Below, piece by piece: positions 1-8,708 of a stretch of DNA of 46,601 nt. The stretch is from Spirochaetaceae bacterium (GTDB lineage Bacteria; Spirochaetota; Spirochaetia; DSM-27196; PWMO01): contig JBKHEN010000001.1 of assembly GCA_046540795.1 (NCBI GenBank), forward strand, positions 1-46,601. The letters run 5' to 3'. Every line of letters starts with the position of its first letter. The first letter of the stretch is position 1. The translations under genes and the position numbers were made by a program. The notes under the pieces are model-generated. The model was not told where the DNA came from. It searched no databases and was given only the letters and a program-made list of their open reading frames with translations.

Positions 1-678
1 ACCGAGGACACCGAGGAGACCGACGAGGACGTGCGTGATCCGGATGTGGAACTCGAGCCGGTGGTCCCGGAAGATGAGCCGGAGGTTACCACCGAAGACT
101 CCGCCGGCCGGGACGACGCTGCCGAGGAATCCCCCGCCGAGCCCTCCGACCCCGCAGACTCCTCGGAGGAGCCCGGATCACAAGAAGAGGGCGAGGACGA
201 TTCGGAGGTCCGCTCCGCCGAAGAGTCCGGAGACGAGGACGAGGAAGGGGTGCGACGACGAACGTCACGGATCTACTTTATTCGGGTAACCGACGACGGC
301 AAGATCCTACCGCAGCAGGTCGAGCGGACGGTGAGTTACCAGAACAGTCCCATGACACAGACCATCAGGACCCTTCTCGAAGGGCCTACCACCGGGGAGC
401 TCAACCAGGACCTTTTGAATCTGATTCCCGAGGATACTCGTCTGATTTCCGCCGCCGTGGACGAAGGGGTCGCCTATCTTAATTTCAACGAGGCCTTCCG
501 ATTCAATCCGATGGGCGTAGAGGGCTTCGTGGCGCAGTTGCAGCAGGTCACCTACACCACTACGGAGTTCTCTACCGTTGATCGCGTGCAGATACTGATC
601 GAGGGCGAACGGCTCGATTACCTCGGCGGGGACGGAATCTACATCGGCGAGCCTATCAGCCGCAATTCCTTCGGCTAA
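1..678 (+). CDS. GerMN domain-containing protein, 5' end probably cut by the window edge
   Basis: Frame 1 is open from nt 1 with no stop before the listed ATG at 31; stop at 676-678. The N-terminal part is acidic and low-complexity. The C-terminal ~140 aa (IYFIRV..MTQTIRTLLEGP..LISAAVDEGVAYLNFNEAF..VDRVQILIEGE) fits the GerMN/GerM-type domain pattern as I remember it. Confidence 0.65.
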   Translation, partial: TEDTEETDEDVRDPDVELEPVVPEDEPEVTTEDSAGRDDAAEESPAEPSDPADSSEEPGSQEEGEDDSEVRSAEESGDEDEEGVRRRTSRIYFIRVTDDGKILPQQVERTVSYQNSPMTQTIRTLLEGPTTGELNQDLLNLIPEDTRLISAAVDEGVAYLNFNEAFRFNPMGVEGFVAQLQQVTYTTTEFSTVDRVQILIEGERLDYLGGDGIYIGEPISRNSFG

Positions 679-709
679 GAACCCTTCGGTAGGCCGACAA
701 ACCCCGGCC

Positions 710-784
710 CGGGACTCCGCGGCGCGGACCTCCGCGGCCCGGGACTCCGCGGCGCGGGAATCCGCGGCGTGGGACTTCGGACCG
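710..784. repeat. Five tandem copies of a 15-bp GC-rich unit (consensus cgggactccgcggcg), each with a CCGCGG core
   Basis: Read directly: 710-724 cgggactccgcggcg, 725-739 cggacctccgcggcc, 740-754 cgggactccgcggcg, 755-769 cgggaatccgcggcg, 770-784 tgggacttcggaccg. The array lies between the convergent stops at 678 (+) and 800 (-). Confidence 0.8.
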
Positions 785-799
785 CCGGAACCCCGGCGC

Positions 800-1567
800 T
801 CACCCGTCGTCGCCGAGGGACGCAAGGAGAGCTTCGGGCAGAGGCCCCGTCCGGTCCGTGCACAGCACCAGGTATTCCCGGTTTCCCCGGCGTCCCCGCA
901 ACGGAGACGGGAGCAACCGGTGCGCATATGCGCCCTCTTCGGCGAGACCCGTCAGGGTCTCGAGGATGATGCGCCGAAGATATTGTGAATCCCGGACCAC
1001 GCCGTCGAATGCGGCCGGCGCATCGCGCCATTCGAACTGGGGCTTCAACAGCGCAATGAACCATCCCTCCGCGGTAAGCTCCAGAAGCCCACCGGCCACG
1101 CCGCGCAGTGAGCGAAACGAGAGATCACAAACCGCCGCGTCCGGCCGTGGATCGAGCGTCGTTACCGACCTAATGTTGGTCGACTCATGGACAAAGACCC
1201 GGGGATTCTGCCGCAGTGAGTAGGCCAGCTGATTGTAGCCCACGTCCACGGCATGCACCGCGGCGGCGCCGTAACGCAGCAGGCAGTCGGTGAATCCGCC
1301 GGTACTCGCGCCGGCGTCGAGGAACACGCGCCCCCTCACCTCGATATCCCACGCGAATACGGCCGCCTCGAGCTTCTCACCGCCACGGGAGACGAAGCGC
1401 GCCGGTATGAGCTCCACGGCGGCGGTGGACGGGATCACACGCTTGGGATCCCGCTCCACCTCTCCGTCGACGGCGACCTCACCGCAGAGGATCCGCGCAA
1501 AGAGTCGGTCCTTATCAACATCGGGAAACCGGGATCGAAGAATGGAGAGCAGCGAACGCTTCGCCAT
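800..1567 (-). CDS. tlyA: TlyA-family rRNA (cytidine-2'-O)-methyltransferase / hemolysin A-like protein
   Basis: 255 aa with an S4-like N-terminus (RLFARILCGEVAVDG), an FtsJ-type SAM motif (FLDAGASTGGFTDCLL) and the motif DLSF. ATG at 1567; 11 nt downstream of ymdB. Confidence 0.85.
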   Translation of the reverse strand: MAKRSLLSILRSRFPDVDKDRLFARILCGEVAVDGEVERDPKRVIPSTAAVELIPARFVSRGGEKLEAAVFAWDIEVRGRVFLDAGASTGGFTDCLLRYGAAAVHAVDVGYNQLAYSLRQNPRVFVHESTNIRSVTTLDPRPDAAVCDLSFRSLRGVAGGLLELTAEGWFIALLKPQFEWRDAPAAFDGVVRDSQYLRRIILETLTGLAEEGAYAHRLLPSPLRGRRGNREYLVLCTDRTGPLPEALLASLGDDG

Positions 1568-1578
1568 CGCACCCTGAG

Positions 1579-2376
1579 TCAGACAAGCGACACTTCGCGC
1601 ACCCGTTCCACCGAGACCGCGAGTCCCGAGTCACGGTCTACTTCGACCAGGACCCCGCAGATCACCGCCGCGGTCTCCGCCGGAGCGTTTCGCAGAGGCA
1701 ATTGCGTCTTCATTCGATCCACGGAGATATCGGGGTCGAAGCCGATCACGCTCTCCCTCGGGGCGCAGGCACCCATATCGCTGATGTAGGCGGTACCGGA
1801 GGGCAGGATGCGCTCGTCGGCGGTTTGTATGTGCGTGTGGGTACCTACCACCACCGCGACGTCACCGTCGAGGTAGTAACCGAGGGCTTCTTTCTCGTGA
1901 GTCGACTCGGCGTGAAAATCCACCAGCACGATGTCCGTGGTATGCTTGAGCTTTCGGAGCACTTCCTTGGCCCGACGAAAGGGGCAGTCGATGGCCGGCA
2001 TCCGCACCCGTCCCTGCAAGTTCAATACGCCAACCCGCAGTCCCTTCTGTTCCACGACGCAGCTTCCGTGCCCGGGGTTCCCTCCGGGATAGTTCGCCGG
2101 ACGGAGGATGCGCTCCTCGGAGTCGAGATAGGGATAGACCTCCTTCCGCTGCCACACGTGATTGCCTGTGGTCAGGACGTGGAAACCTGCGCCGAACAGC
2201 TCGACGGCGATCTCTTCGGTCACGCCGAACCCGTCGGCGGCGTTTTCGACGTTTATCAGCAGAAACTCCGCCGAATACCGCTTCACGAGCTTGGGCATGC
2301 TCGTGAGGACGGCCCGATATCCGGACCGTCCCACGATGTCACCGAGCATGAGCACCCGAAACGGCTTATCGGGCAT
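1579..2376 (-). CDS. ymdB: YmdB-family metallophosphoesterase (2',3'-cyclic-nucleotide 2'-phosphodiesterase family)
   Basis: 265 aa with metallophosphoesterase motifs LGDIVGRSG, GNHVW, DFHAE and GTHTH. It overlaps the rny stop by 11 nt; the rny-ymdB pairing is classical. Confidence 0.85.
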   Translation of the reverse strand: MPDKPFRVLMLGDIVGRSGYRAVLTSMPKLVKRYSAEFLLINVENAADGFGVTEEIAVELFGAGFHVLTTGNHVWQRKEVYPYLDSEERILRPANYPGGNPGHGSCVVEQKGLRVGVLNLQGRVRMPAIDCPFRRAKEVLRKLKHTTDIVLVDFHAESTHEKEALGYYLDGDVAVVVGTHTHIQTADERILPSGTAYISDMGACAPRESVIGFDPDISVDRMKTQLPLRNAPAETAAVICGVLVEVDRDSGLAVSVERVREVSLV

Positions 2377-3895
2377 ACTCTATGATGCGGGTTTCGCGAA
2401 TCATGGTAACCTTGATCCGCCCCGGATAGCGCAACTGACTCTCGATCTCCCGCGCTATCTCTTTGGCAATGCCTTTCGCCTCGACGTCGGAAACCTGCTC
2501 GTGATCCACCATGATGCGCAGCTCCCGCCCGGCCTGGATGGCATAGGCTTTGTCCACGCCGTCGAACTGCTCGGCAATGCGCTCGAGGTTTTCCAGGCGG
2601 CGGATGTAGTTGTCCAAGGTCTCACGCCGGGCACCGGGGCGGGAGGCCGACAGAGCGTCGGCTACCTGCACGATCACCGATTCCACGCAGCTGTGCGGAA
2701 CGTCTCCGTGGTGTGCCGCCACGGCATTGACCACGCGCTCGTCCTCACCGATGCGTTTTATCAACTCTACACCGAGCTCCACATGGCTGGAGTCTCCATC
2801 GGTTTCAATCCCTTTTCCGACGTCGTGAAGCAGACCGCCCCGCTTGGCGATCTCTCGATCCGCGTCGAGCTCCGCCGCCATCATCCCCGCAAAGACCGCC
2901 ACTTCCTTACTGTGCGCGAGAACGTTCTGCCCGTAGCTCGTACGATAGTGCAGGCGTCCAATACCGCGGATTCCTTCCGGTTTCATGTGGTGGATGCCCA
3001 GATCGAAGAGCACCTTCTCGCCCTCTTCGTAAATGGACTGACTGATCTCACCGGTAACCTTTTGGACGACTTCCTCGATCCGTGTGGGGTGGATCCGCCC
3101 GTCGGAAATGAGCCGCTCGAGCGATCGCCGCGCAATTTCCTTGCGCACCGGATCGAAACAGGAGACTACCACCGCCTCCGGTGTGTCGTCGATAATCACG
3201 TCTACACCGGTAAGCGTCTCGAGGGTCCGGATATTACGGCCTTCCCGGCCGATGATCCGACCCTTCATTTCGTCGTTCGGCAGGTTCACCGAGGTTACGG
3301 TAACCTCCGCGTTGGTCTCCGACGCCTTGCGCTGAATCGTGGAAACGAGGATTTCCCGCGCCTCTTTCTCCGCGGTGACCTGCGCTTCCTGCTCTATCTT
3401 GTTCAGCAGCCCCTGGGCTTCATGCCGTGCTTCGTCCTCGAGGGACTGCACGATCATCTTCTTAGCGTCCTCTGCGGTGAGCCCCGAGAGACGCTCCAAC
3501 TCTTCCCGCCAATAGGCCTCTTGTCGGCCGACCTCTTCTTCGTGTTCCGCCAGTTTCCTCTCACGGTCGGTGAAAGCCTGCCGCTGCTTTTCCACGGCAG
3601 AGGTCTTTTCTTCTAGGTTTTCTTCCCTTTGCAGCAGCCGTTTCTCGAACTTCTGGAGTTCGTTTCTACGCTCCCTGAGCTGTTGTTCCTGTTCATTGCG
3701 CTCCTGGAGTAACTCGTCCTTCGTTTCAAGAATCAGTTCCTTCTTCTGAGCTTCCGCTTCTTTTATTGCGTCTTTCTTTAGTCGCTCGGCTTTCTGTTCT
3801 GAGGAAGAAAGCTGAAATCTGGCATATAGCCATCGGATCGTCCAACCTAGAACCAAACCCGCAAGAGGAAGGGCGATGATCAGCACCGGCTGCAT
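2366..3895 (-). CDS. rny: Ribonuclease Y
   Basis: N-terminal TM helix, long coiled-coil (E/K/Q-rich), KH motif GRIIGREGRNIRTLE and HD motif LLHDVGK. I prefer the ATG at 3895, with GGAGG at 3906-3902 six nt upstream, over the GTG at 3901 used by the ORF track. Confidence 0.95.
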   Translation of the reverse strand: MQPVLIIALPLAGLVLGWTIRWLYARFQLSSSEQKAERLKKDAIKEAEAQKKELILETKDELLQERNEQEQQLRERRNELQKFEKRLLQREENLEEKTSAVEKQRQAFTDRERKLAEHEEEVGRQEAYWREELERLSGLTAEDAKKMIVQSLEDEARHEAQGLLNKIEQEAQVTAEKEAREILVSTIQRKASETNAEVTVTSVNLPNDEMKGRIIGREGRNIRTLETLTGVDVIIDDTPEAVVVSCFDPVRKEIARRSLERLISDGRIHPTRIEEVVQKVTGEISQSIYEEGEKVLFDLGIHHMKPEGIRGIGRLHYRTSYGQNVLAHSKEVAVFAGMMAAELDADREIAKRGGLLHDVGKGIETDGDSSHVELGVELIKRIGEDERVVNAVAAHHGDVPHSCVESVIVQVADALSASRPGARRETLDNYIRRLENLERIAEQFDGVDKAYAIQAGRELRIMVDHEQVSDVEAKGIAKEIAREIESQLRYPGRIKVTMIRETRIIEYAR

Positions 3896-3926
3896 ACGCA
3901 CCCTCCTGCGTTCTGTATGATCCTTT

Positions 3927-3955
3927 AACCTAACGCAGTTGCCGGGTCATGTCAA
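3927..3955 (-). promoter_or_regulatory. Candidate sigma-70 promoter for rny-ymdB-tlyA (TTGACA-N17-TAGGTT on the minus strand)
   Basis: Plus-strand tgtcaa at 3950-3955 and aaccta at 3927-3932, with a 17-nt spacer, in the only AT-richer stretch upstream of rny. Confidence 0.3.
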
Positions 3956-4011
3956 CACGATACTGTATAGATAACTAAACATATAGAGCTTGACCGTATG
4001 TGCTGCCGCGT

Positions 4012-4665
4012 TCAGCGGAACTGCATGTCGTCAACGGTGAAACGGAGCTGCCGTCGTGAGTGCGCCCGGAGGTCGTGTTTCTCGTAATAGTCGCCGTCCT
4101 CGTCTTCTCCGCGGATGCTGAGAGTTGCCGCGGGGTCGTCGGCAGGCGGTATGCGTACCTCCGTCGTTGCCCCCGAGGCGATCGCTCCAACCCTCTCGAG
4201 TTCGCTCCACGCCCCTTCACTTCCCCAGCGATACCACAGCCGGAGAAGACGGTACCCCGTGTCGTTAACAAGACGTACCTGTCGCCCGGAGGCTGCCGCG
4301 GGTATTTCCTGATCACCGCCGAAGTGCAGGTCGTCCAGCGCGATGGTGAGGAGACGGCCCTCTGCGGCGCCCGGACCCTGAAGCAGATAACGGTCTCCCT
4401 CCTCGTCTACAGACAGAAGGAAAAGGTCCGCAGGCGAGAGGGTAATGGTTGTCTCACCGCCGGGGAGCAACGGTCCGTCGACGAGCAGGTTTTCCCCGGT
4501 TTCGGCATTCCGTCCCGCCTCCTCATCCAGCGCATACAGCTCCAGCATGGGATATTCGGTTTCGTTGCGTACCTTGACCTCCATGGCCTGACCGTGGCTA
4601 GGCTCGACAATGAGCACGACGAGCACGAGGAGGAACAGGTACAGTGGTACGTGAGCCCTCTTCAT
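4012..4665 (-). CDS. Hypothetical secreted protein with two tandem ~85-aa related modules
   Basis: Signal-peptide-like N-terminus (MKRAHVPLYLFLLVLVVLIVEPSHGQA). Two modules share the pattern V-x-V/L-x-N-E/D-T-x-Y..L-x-L ... DE-E/D-GD-x-Y. I recognise no family. Confidence 0.55.
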   Translation of the reverse strand: MKRAHVPLYLFLLVLVVLIVEPSHGQAMEVKVRNETEYPMLELYALDEEAGRNAETGENLLVDGPLLPGGETTITLSPADLFLLSVDEEGDRYLLQGPGAAEGRLLTIALDDLHFGGDQEIPAAASGRQVRLVNDTGYRLLRLWYRWGSEGAWSELERVGAIASGATTEVRIPPADDPAATLSIRGEDEDGDYYEKHDLRAHSRRQLRFTVDDMQFR

Positions 4666-4713
4666 CGGTGCGTCCCGGTCTCATCATACACCGCCTGACG
4701 ACGGAGTACATCC

Positions 4714-4950
4714 ATGAACGACGTAAAATTCGAAAAGATCCTCGACCTGCACAATGACGCGGAGGCGCGGCTGCTTCATGCACATCTCGAAGAGCGGGGA
4801 ATTCCCCATCTAGTGCGAAGCTATCACGATCCCGCCTACGACGGCATCTTTCAAGTCCAGTTCGGGTGGGGACACATTGAGGCGCCTCCGGAGTACCGCG
4901 ATGCGATCCTCGAGATCCATGCAGACCTGATCGGCCCACCCGAGGCATAA
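4714..4950 (+). CDS. Small DUF2007-like (putative signal-transducing fold) protein
   Basis: 78 aa. The patterns AEARLLHAHLEERGIPHLV and GWGHIEAPPEYRDAILEI resemble the DUF2007 family as I remember it. GGAG lies upstream of the ATG at 4714. Confidence 0.45.
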   Translation: MNDVKFEKILDLHNDAEARLLHAHLEERGIPHLVRSYHDPAYDGIFQVQFGWGHIEAPPEYRDAILEIHADLIGPPEA

Positions 4951-5026
4951 ATCCTTGTCACCTGAGCGATCGTATTGATGTATCCGGCCCCGCCGTGCCG
5001 GGCTTGCTCCCGGACCGATTCGGCGA

Positions 5027-5707
5027 CTAATTGCCGGGCTCGTCGAAAAGGTCGTCCATGAAGTCGACCTCCGACATTTCACGCCGGCTGATGTCGAGCC
5101 TTCGGTCCCGGCGCTCGTCCCGCCGCCGCAGGCGCAGTGTGCGGCGCAACCCCCGTTGCATGAATGTGAGCATGTCACCGAGCAGCACGTCGACGTTCTC
5201 GTCCTCAATGTGATAGATCAACGTGTTGAAGACGGCGATGACCAACGCGGTGGGATCGTCGTAGAGACCCGTTCGGAATACCCCCTTTCTGCTGCCTTCC
5301 CGTATGATGTCCCGCAGCATGCTTTCCACACGCCGTCGCAACGAGGCCGCCCGGCGCTCCCGCGCTTCGAGTCCCGGATAGGCATACTTGGCGTCCCGCA
5401 GCAGCACCCCCCGGAGGATGCGGTTATGCCGGACGCCGAGGGTCACGAAACGGTAGACCGCCTTGAGCTTGTTCATCGGCGAATGCAGCCGTGAGATCAC
5501 GCGCTCGGCCTTGCGGATGCCTTCTCCCTCGACGACATCAAGGACGTGATCGTAGAAGTCCTCTTTGCTCGAGAAGTACTTGTAGAACGTGCCCACGCTC
5601 AAGGAGGCCCGACTGGTTACGTCGCTTATCGAAACGTCCTTGTAGCCGTCACGGGAGAACAGCTGCAAACCCACCGACAGGAGCAGCGCCCGCTTATCGG
5701 ATTCCAT
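5027..5707 (-). CDS. TetR/AcrR-family transcriptional regulator
   Basis: N-terminal HTH (LLSVGLQLFSRDGYKDVSISDVTSRASLSVGTFYKYFSSKEDF). Divergent from the cysteate synthase gene. GGAGGTG lies upstream of the ATG at 5707. Confidence 0.85.
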   Translation of the reverse strand: MESDKRALLLSVGLQLFSRDGYKDVSISDVTSRASLSVGTFYKYFSSKEDFYDHVLDVVEGEGIRKAERVISRLHSPMNKLKAVYRFVTLGVRHNRILRGVLLRDAKYAYPGLEARERRAASLRRRVESMLRDIIREGSRKGVFRTGLYDDPTALVIAVFNTLIYHIEDENVDVLLGDMLTFMQRGLRRTLRLRRRDERRDRRLDISRREMSEVDFMDDLFDEPGN

Positions 5708-5731
5708 AGCACCTCCGGTGCCTCGATCTAG

Positions 5732-5749
5732 ACGAAATGAATATTTCGT
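5732..5749. promoter_or_regulatory. Perfect inverted repeat ACGAAAT-gaat-ATTTCGT, candidate TetR operator
   Basis: Arms at 5732-5738 and 5743-5749 are exact reverse complements. The repeat sits 25-42 nt upstream of the TetR ATG, inside the spacer of a possible minus-strand promoter (GTGAAC-N17-TAGATC). Confidence 0.4.
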
Positions 5750-5844
5750 TCACATATTCACTCCTTCCTTCCGGCGCAACCGGCTCCGGTCGGCCGCTAC
5801 TCGCACCATCCTCGCCGAAACACTATCGAATTTCTATACGTTCG

Positions 5845-5872
5845 TTGACAACCCAATTCCCAAAACTATACT
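5845..5872 (+). promoter_or_regulatory. Near-consensus sigma-70 promoter TTGACA-N16-TATACT upstream of the cysteate synthase gene
   Basis: TTGACA at 5845-5850 and TATACT at 5867-5872, about 64 nt upstream of the ATG at 5936, in an AT-richer intergenic stretch. Confidence 0.45.
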
Positions 5873-5935
5873 GCGGGTGACTTTTGAAGCCGGCTCGCGG
5901 GCGAGCTCCCGCAGAGCCAACCTCGGGGAGGGCCC

Positions 5936-7291
5936 ATGGCACCGTACGCCACACCACAGCAGAGCGGCACAACTGTGGAGACCGGAATCGAACCCACCGC
6001 ATACCGGCTTCAATGCCTCGAGACGGGCGAAATAATTGACGACACAGCCGCCGCAGGTGGACCGATGACCCTCGCCTGCCCCAGGGCCGAAGGACGCGCG
6101 TTTCTTCGCACGGTCTATGCACAGCGGCAAATCTCCGTCGGCGCGGATCATGAAGGTATCTATCGCTTCGGCGATTGGTTGCCTTTACAGCGGCGACTTT
6201 TAGGCTCCTCAGCTCCGGTTACGTACAAGAGCGAAGGGCTTGCAGAGGCCCTCGGTTTGGACGAACTCTACGTCACCTTCAGCGGGTATTGGCCCGAGAA
6301 GGGCGTGCAGATGCACACGGGCACCTTTAAGGAGTGCGAAGCATACAGTGTCTGCGCACGCATGAGCCCCGAAACCGACCGGACTCTGGTAGTGGCTTCA
6401 GCCGGGAACACCGCCCGCGCATTCATGCGGGTGTGCTCGGAGAACGAAATCCCCCTGGTCATTTGCATACCCGAAGAGAACCTCGAAGCTCTGTGGAGCG
6501 TCGGTCCCATTGCTCGGTGCGTAAAGGTCGTTGCCGCCGGGGGCAATGCTGATTACACCGATGCCATCCGCTTGGCGGGGCTTATCTCCGGGTTCGACGG
6601 ATTCATGCCCGAAGGCGGGGCGCGCAACGTTGCACGCCGAGACGGTATGGGCACGACGATGCTGTCGGCCGTAAACACGATAGGCCGGATCCCGGACTAC
6701 TACTTCCAGGCGGTCGGCAGCGGTACCGGAGCCATAGCGGCATGGGAGGCAAACCTCCGACTCCTGCGCGACGGTCGATTCGGCAACCACACGACGCGGT
6801 TGGTCCTCTCGCAGAACAGTCCGTTTCTGTTGTTGCACGACTCCTGGAAACGCGGGCGCAGGGATCTCCTCGACATCGAAGAATCAAAGGCAAAGGAGCA
6901 GATTCACGCCATTCGGGGCAAGGTGCTCTCCAATCGCACGCCGCCATACTCCGTGCGAGGCGGCTTGTTCGACGCACTCACCGAGACCGACGGCATCATG
7001 CTCGCCGTCGACAACGACCAGGCTGATCGGGCGATGCATCTGTTCCATCGCACCGAGGGCATCGACCTGGCGCCGGCGGCGTCCGTGGCGGTTGCCAGCC
7101 TGGTGGAGGCTCGACGGAGCGGTATGCTCGGACGCGAAGACGTGGTCGTGCTCAACGTAACCGGTGGCGGCTACGCTCGGATCTTTGCCGACTACGATCT
7201 GGTACACGCGCGTCCTGACGCGATAATCGATAAACGTCACTTCAGCGAGGCCCGTATTCGCGAGGTACTCAGTCACCTCTTCGAGCGCTAA
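5936..7291 (+). CDS. Threonine-synthase-like PLP enzyme, best fit cysteate synthase
   Basis: 451 aa. The N-terminal pattern YRLQCLETGEII..MTLACP..AFLRTVY..GIYRFGDWLP matches my memory of the cysteate synthase family (TIGR03844-type). PLP-lysine context TGTFKECEA; also SAGNTARAF and VGSGTGAIAA. GGGGAGGG lies upstream of the ATG. Confidence 0.65.
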   Translation: MAPYATPQQSGTTVETGIEPTAYRLQCLETGEIIDDTAAAGGPMTLACPRAEGRAFLRTVYAQRQISVGADHEGIYRFGDWLPLQRRLLGSSAPVTYKSEGLAEALGLDELYVTFSGYWPEKGVQMHTGTFKECEAYSVCARMSPETDRTLVVASAGNTARAFMRVCSENEIPLVICIPEENLEALWSVGPIARCVKVVAAGGNADYTDAIRLAGLISGFDGFMPEGGARNVARRDGMGTTMLSAVNTIGRIPDYYFQAVGSGTGAIAAWEANLRLLRDGRFGNHTTRLVLSQNSPFLLLHDSWKRGRRDLLDIEESKAKEQIHAIRGKVLSNRTPPYSVRGGLFDALTETDGIMLAVDNDQADRAMHLFHRTEGIDLAPAASVAVASLVEARRSGMLGREDVVVLNVTGGGYARIFADYDLVHARPDAIIDKRHFSEARIREVLSHLFER

Positions 7292-7317
7292 GAGAGGAAT
7301 CAAGGAGGGATAGCCAT

Positions 7318-8625
7318 ATGGCTCTACAGGAAAGCTCGACGGTTCAAGCGCACACGCGCACCGATCTCTTCGATAAATGCGACACCGACGCCGGATACTT
7401 CGGAGGCCAACGGGTCGAGGACGATCACTACTATACCCGTCCCATTCTGCCGCCCAAGCCGGGTACGGTAATGGACTTTCAAGGTGAGCCGAAGATCATG
7501 TGGTCGGTCAACAATTACCTCGGTCTGGCCGACCACCCCGACATCAAGAAGGCGGCGACGGCGGCAGTGGAGGAGTTCGGCACAGCGGCACCGATGGGCT
7601 CACGGATGATGACCGGCAATACCGAGTATCACCGGGCACTGGAGGGACGGCTTGCCGAAGTAGCGCAGAAGGAGTCGGCGTTCCTCTTCAATTACGGGTA
7701 TCTCGGGGTGTTGGGTACGATCGCCTCGCTGGTAGGCCCTGACGACGTTGTCGTGGTGGACAAGCTGGCGCATTCCTGTATCGTTGACGGTGCGTTCCTT
7801 GCATCGGGAACTCTCAGGGTGTTCAAGCACAATAACATGGAGAGCCTCGAGACGGTACTCAAGAAGGTCAACCGGGAACGCAAGGGCGGCGTGCTCATCG
7901 TTACCGAAGGCGTGTACGGGATGACCGGGGATGTTGCGAAGCTCCGCGAGATCACCGAGCTCGCACGTCGCTATGACGCGCGACTGTTCATCGACGACGC
8001 ACACGGCTGGGGCGTGATGGGCGAGCAGGGCCGCGGCAGCGCCGATTACCTCGGAGTACAGGACGACGTCGACATCTACTTCGGCACCTTTGCCAAGTCT
8101 TTCGCCGCGATCGGCGGATTCTCCGCCGGAGAAAAACGGGCGATCGACTGGATCAGCTACAATGCCCGAACACAGGTGTTTGCCAAGAGCCTCCCGATGA
8201 TCTACGTACGGACCCTCGACACGACCCTTGACCTGGTTACCGCCGCAGACGACCGACGAGAACGCATGTGGCAAAACTCCGCCGTGCTCAAAGAGGGCAT
8301 CTCCGATCTCGGCTATTTTGTCGGACCGGGCGAGTCGCCAATCTGCGCGGTGTTCGCGCCGTTGCACGACCAGGACGTGTTCACCGTCGGCAAACAGCTG
8401 ATTCGGTATTTCCGTGACCGGGGCGTATTCGTCACCGCCGTCACTTACCCCGTCATTCCAATGGGACTGGTCATGTTCCGCATGATCCCCACGGCGGACC
8501 ACACGCAGGAACAGATCGCCCGGACCATCGAGGTCTTCAAGTCGCTGCGGGACGAGCCCGACTTCGACGTAACCTTCGGGGAAGAGGACGTCCGTACAAT
8601 CCGGAAGGTGTACGGGCAGGCGTGA
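7318..8625 (+). CDS. Alpha-oxoamine synthase family PLP enzyme (BioF/Kbl/serine-palmitoyltransferase-like); candidate cysteate-C-fatty acyltransferase
   Basis: 435 aa with motifs NNYLGL, DDAHGWGVMG and GTFAKSF (PLP lysine). The long SPT-like N-terminus differs from short BioF. AAGGAGGG lies upstream of the ATG; 26 nt after the previous stop. Confidence 0.8.
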   Translation: MALQESSTVQAHTRTDLFDKCDTDAGYFGGQRVEDDHYYTRPILPPKPGTVMDFQGEPKIMWSVNNYLGLADHPDIKKAATAAVEEFGTAAPMGSRMMTGNTEYHRALEGRLAEVAQKESAFLFNYGYLGVLGTIASLVGPDDVVVVDKLAHSCIVDGAFLASGTLRVFKHNNMESLETVLKKVNRERKGGVLIVTEGVYGMTGDVAKLREITELARRYDARLFIDDAHGWGVMGEQGRGSADYLGVQDDVDIYFGTFAKSFAAIGGFSAGEKRAIDWISYNARTQVFAKSLPMIYVRTLDTTLDLVTAADDRRERMWQNSAVLKEGISDLGYFVGPGESPICAVFAPLHDQDVFTVGKQLIRYFRDRGVFVTAVTYPVIPMGLVMFRMIPTADHTQEQIARTIEVFKSLRDEPDFDVTFGEEDVRTIRKVYGQA

Positions 8626-8708
8626 GAAGCGGCCCCGGCCCTCGTGAAGGATTCACGACACCCCTTCTCGACCCCTTCTCGGTGTCTCGACTCCCGAGTA
8701 CGTCCGGC

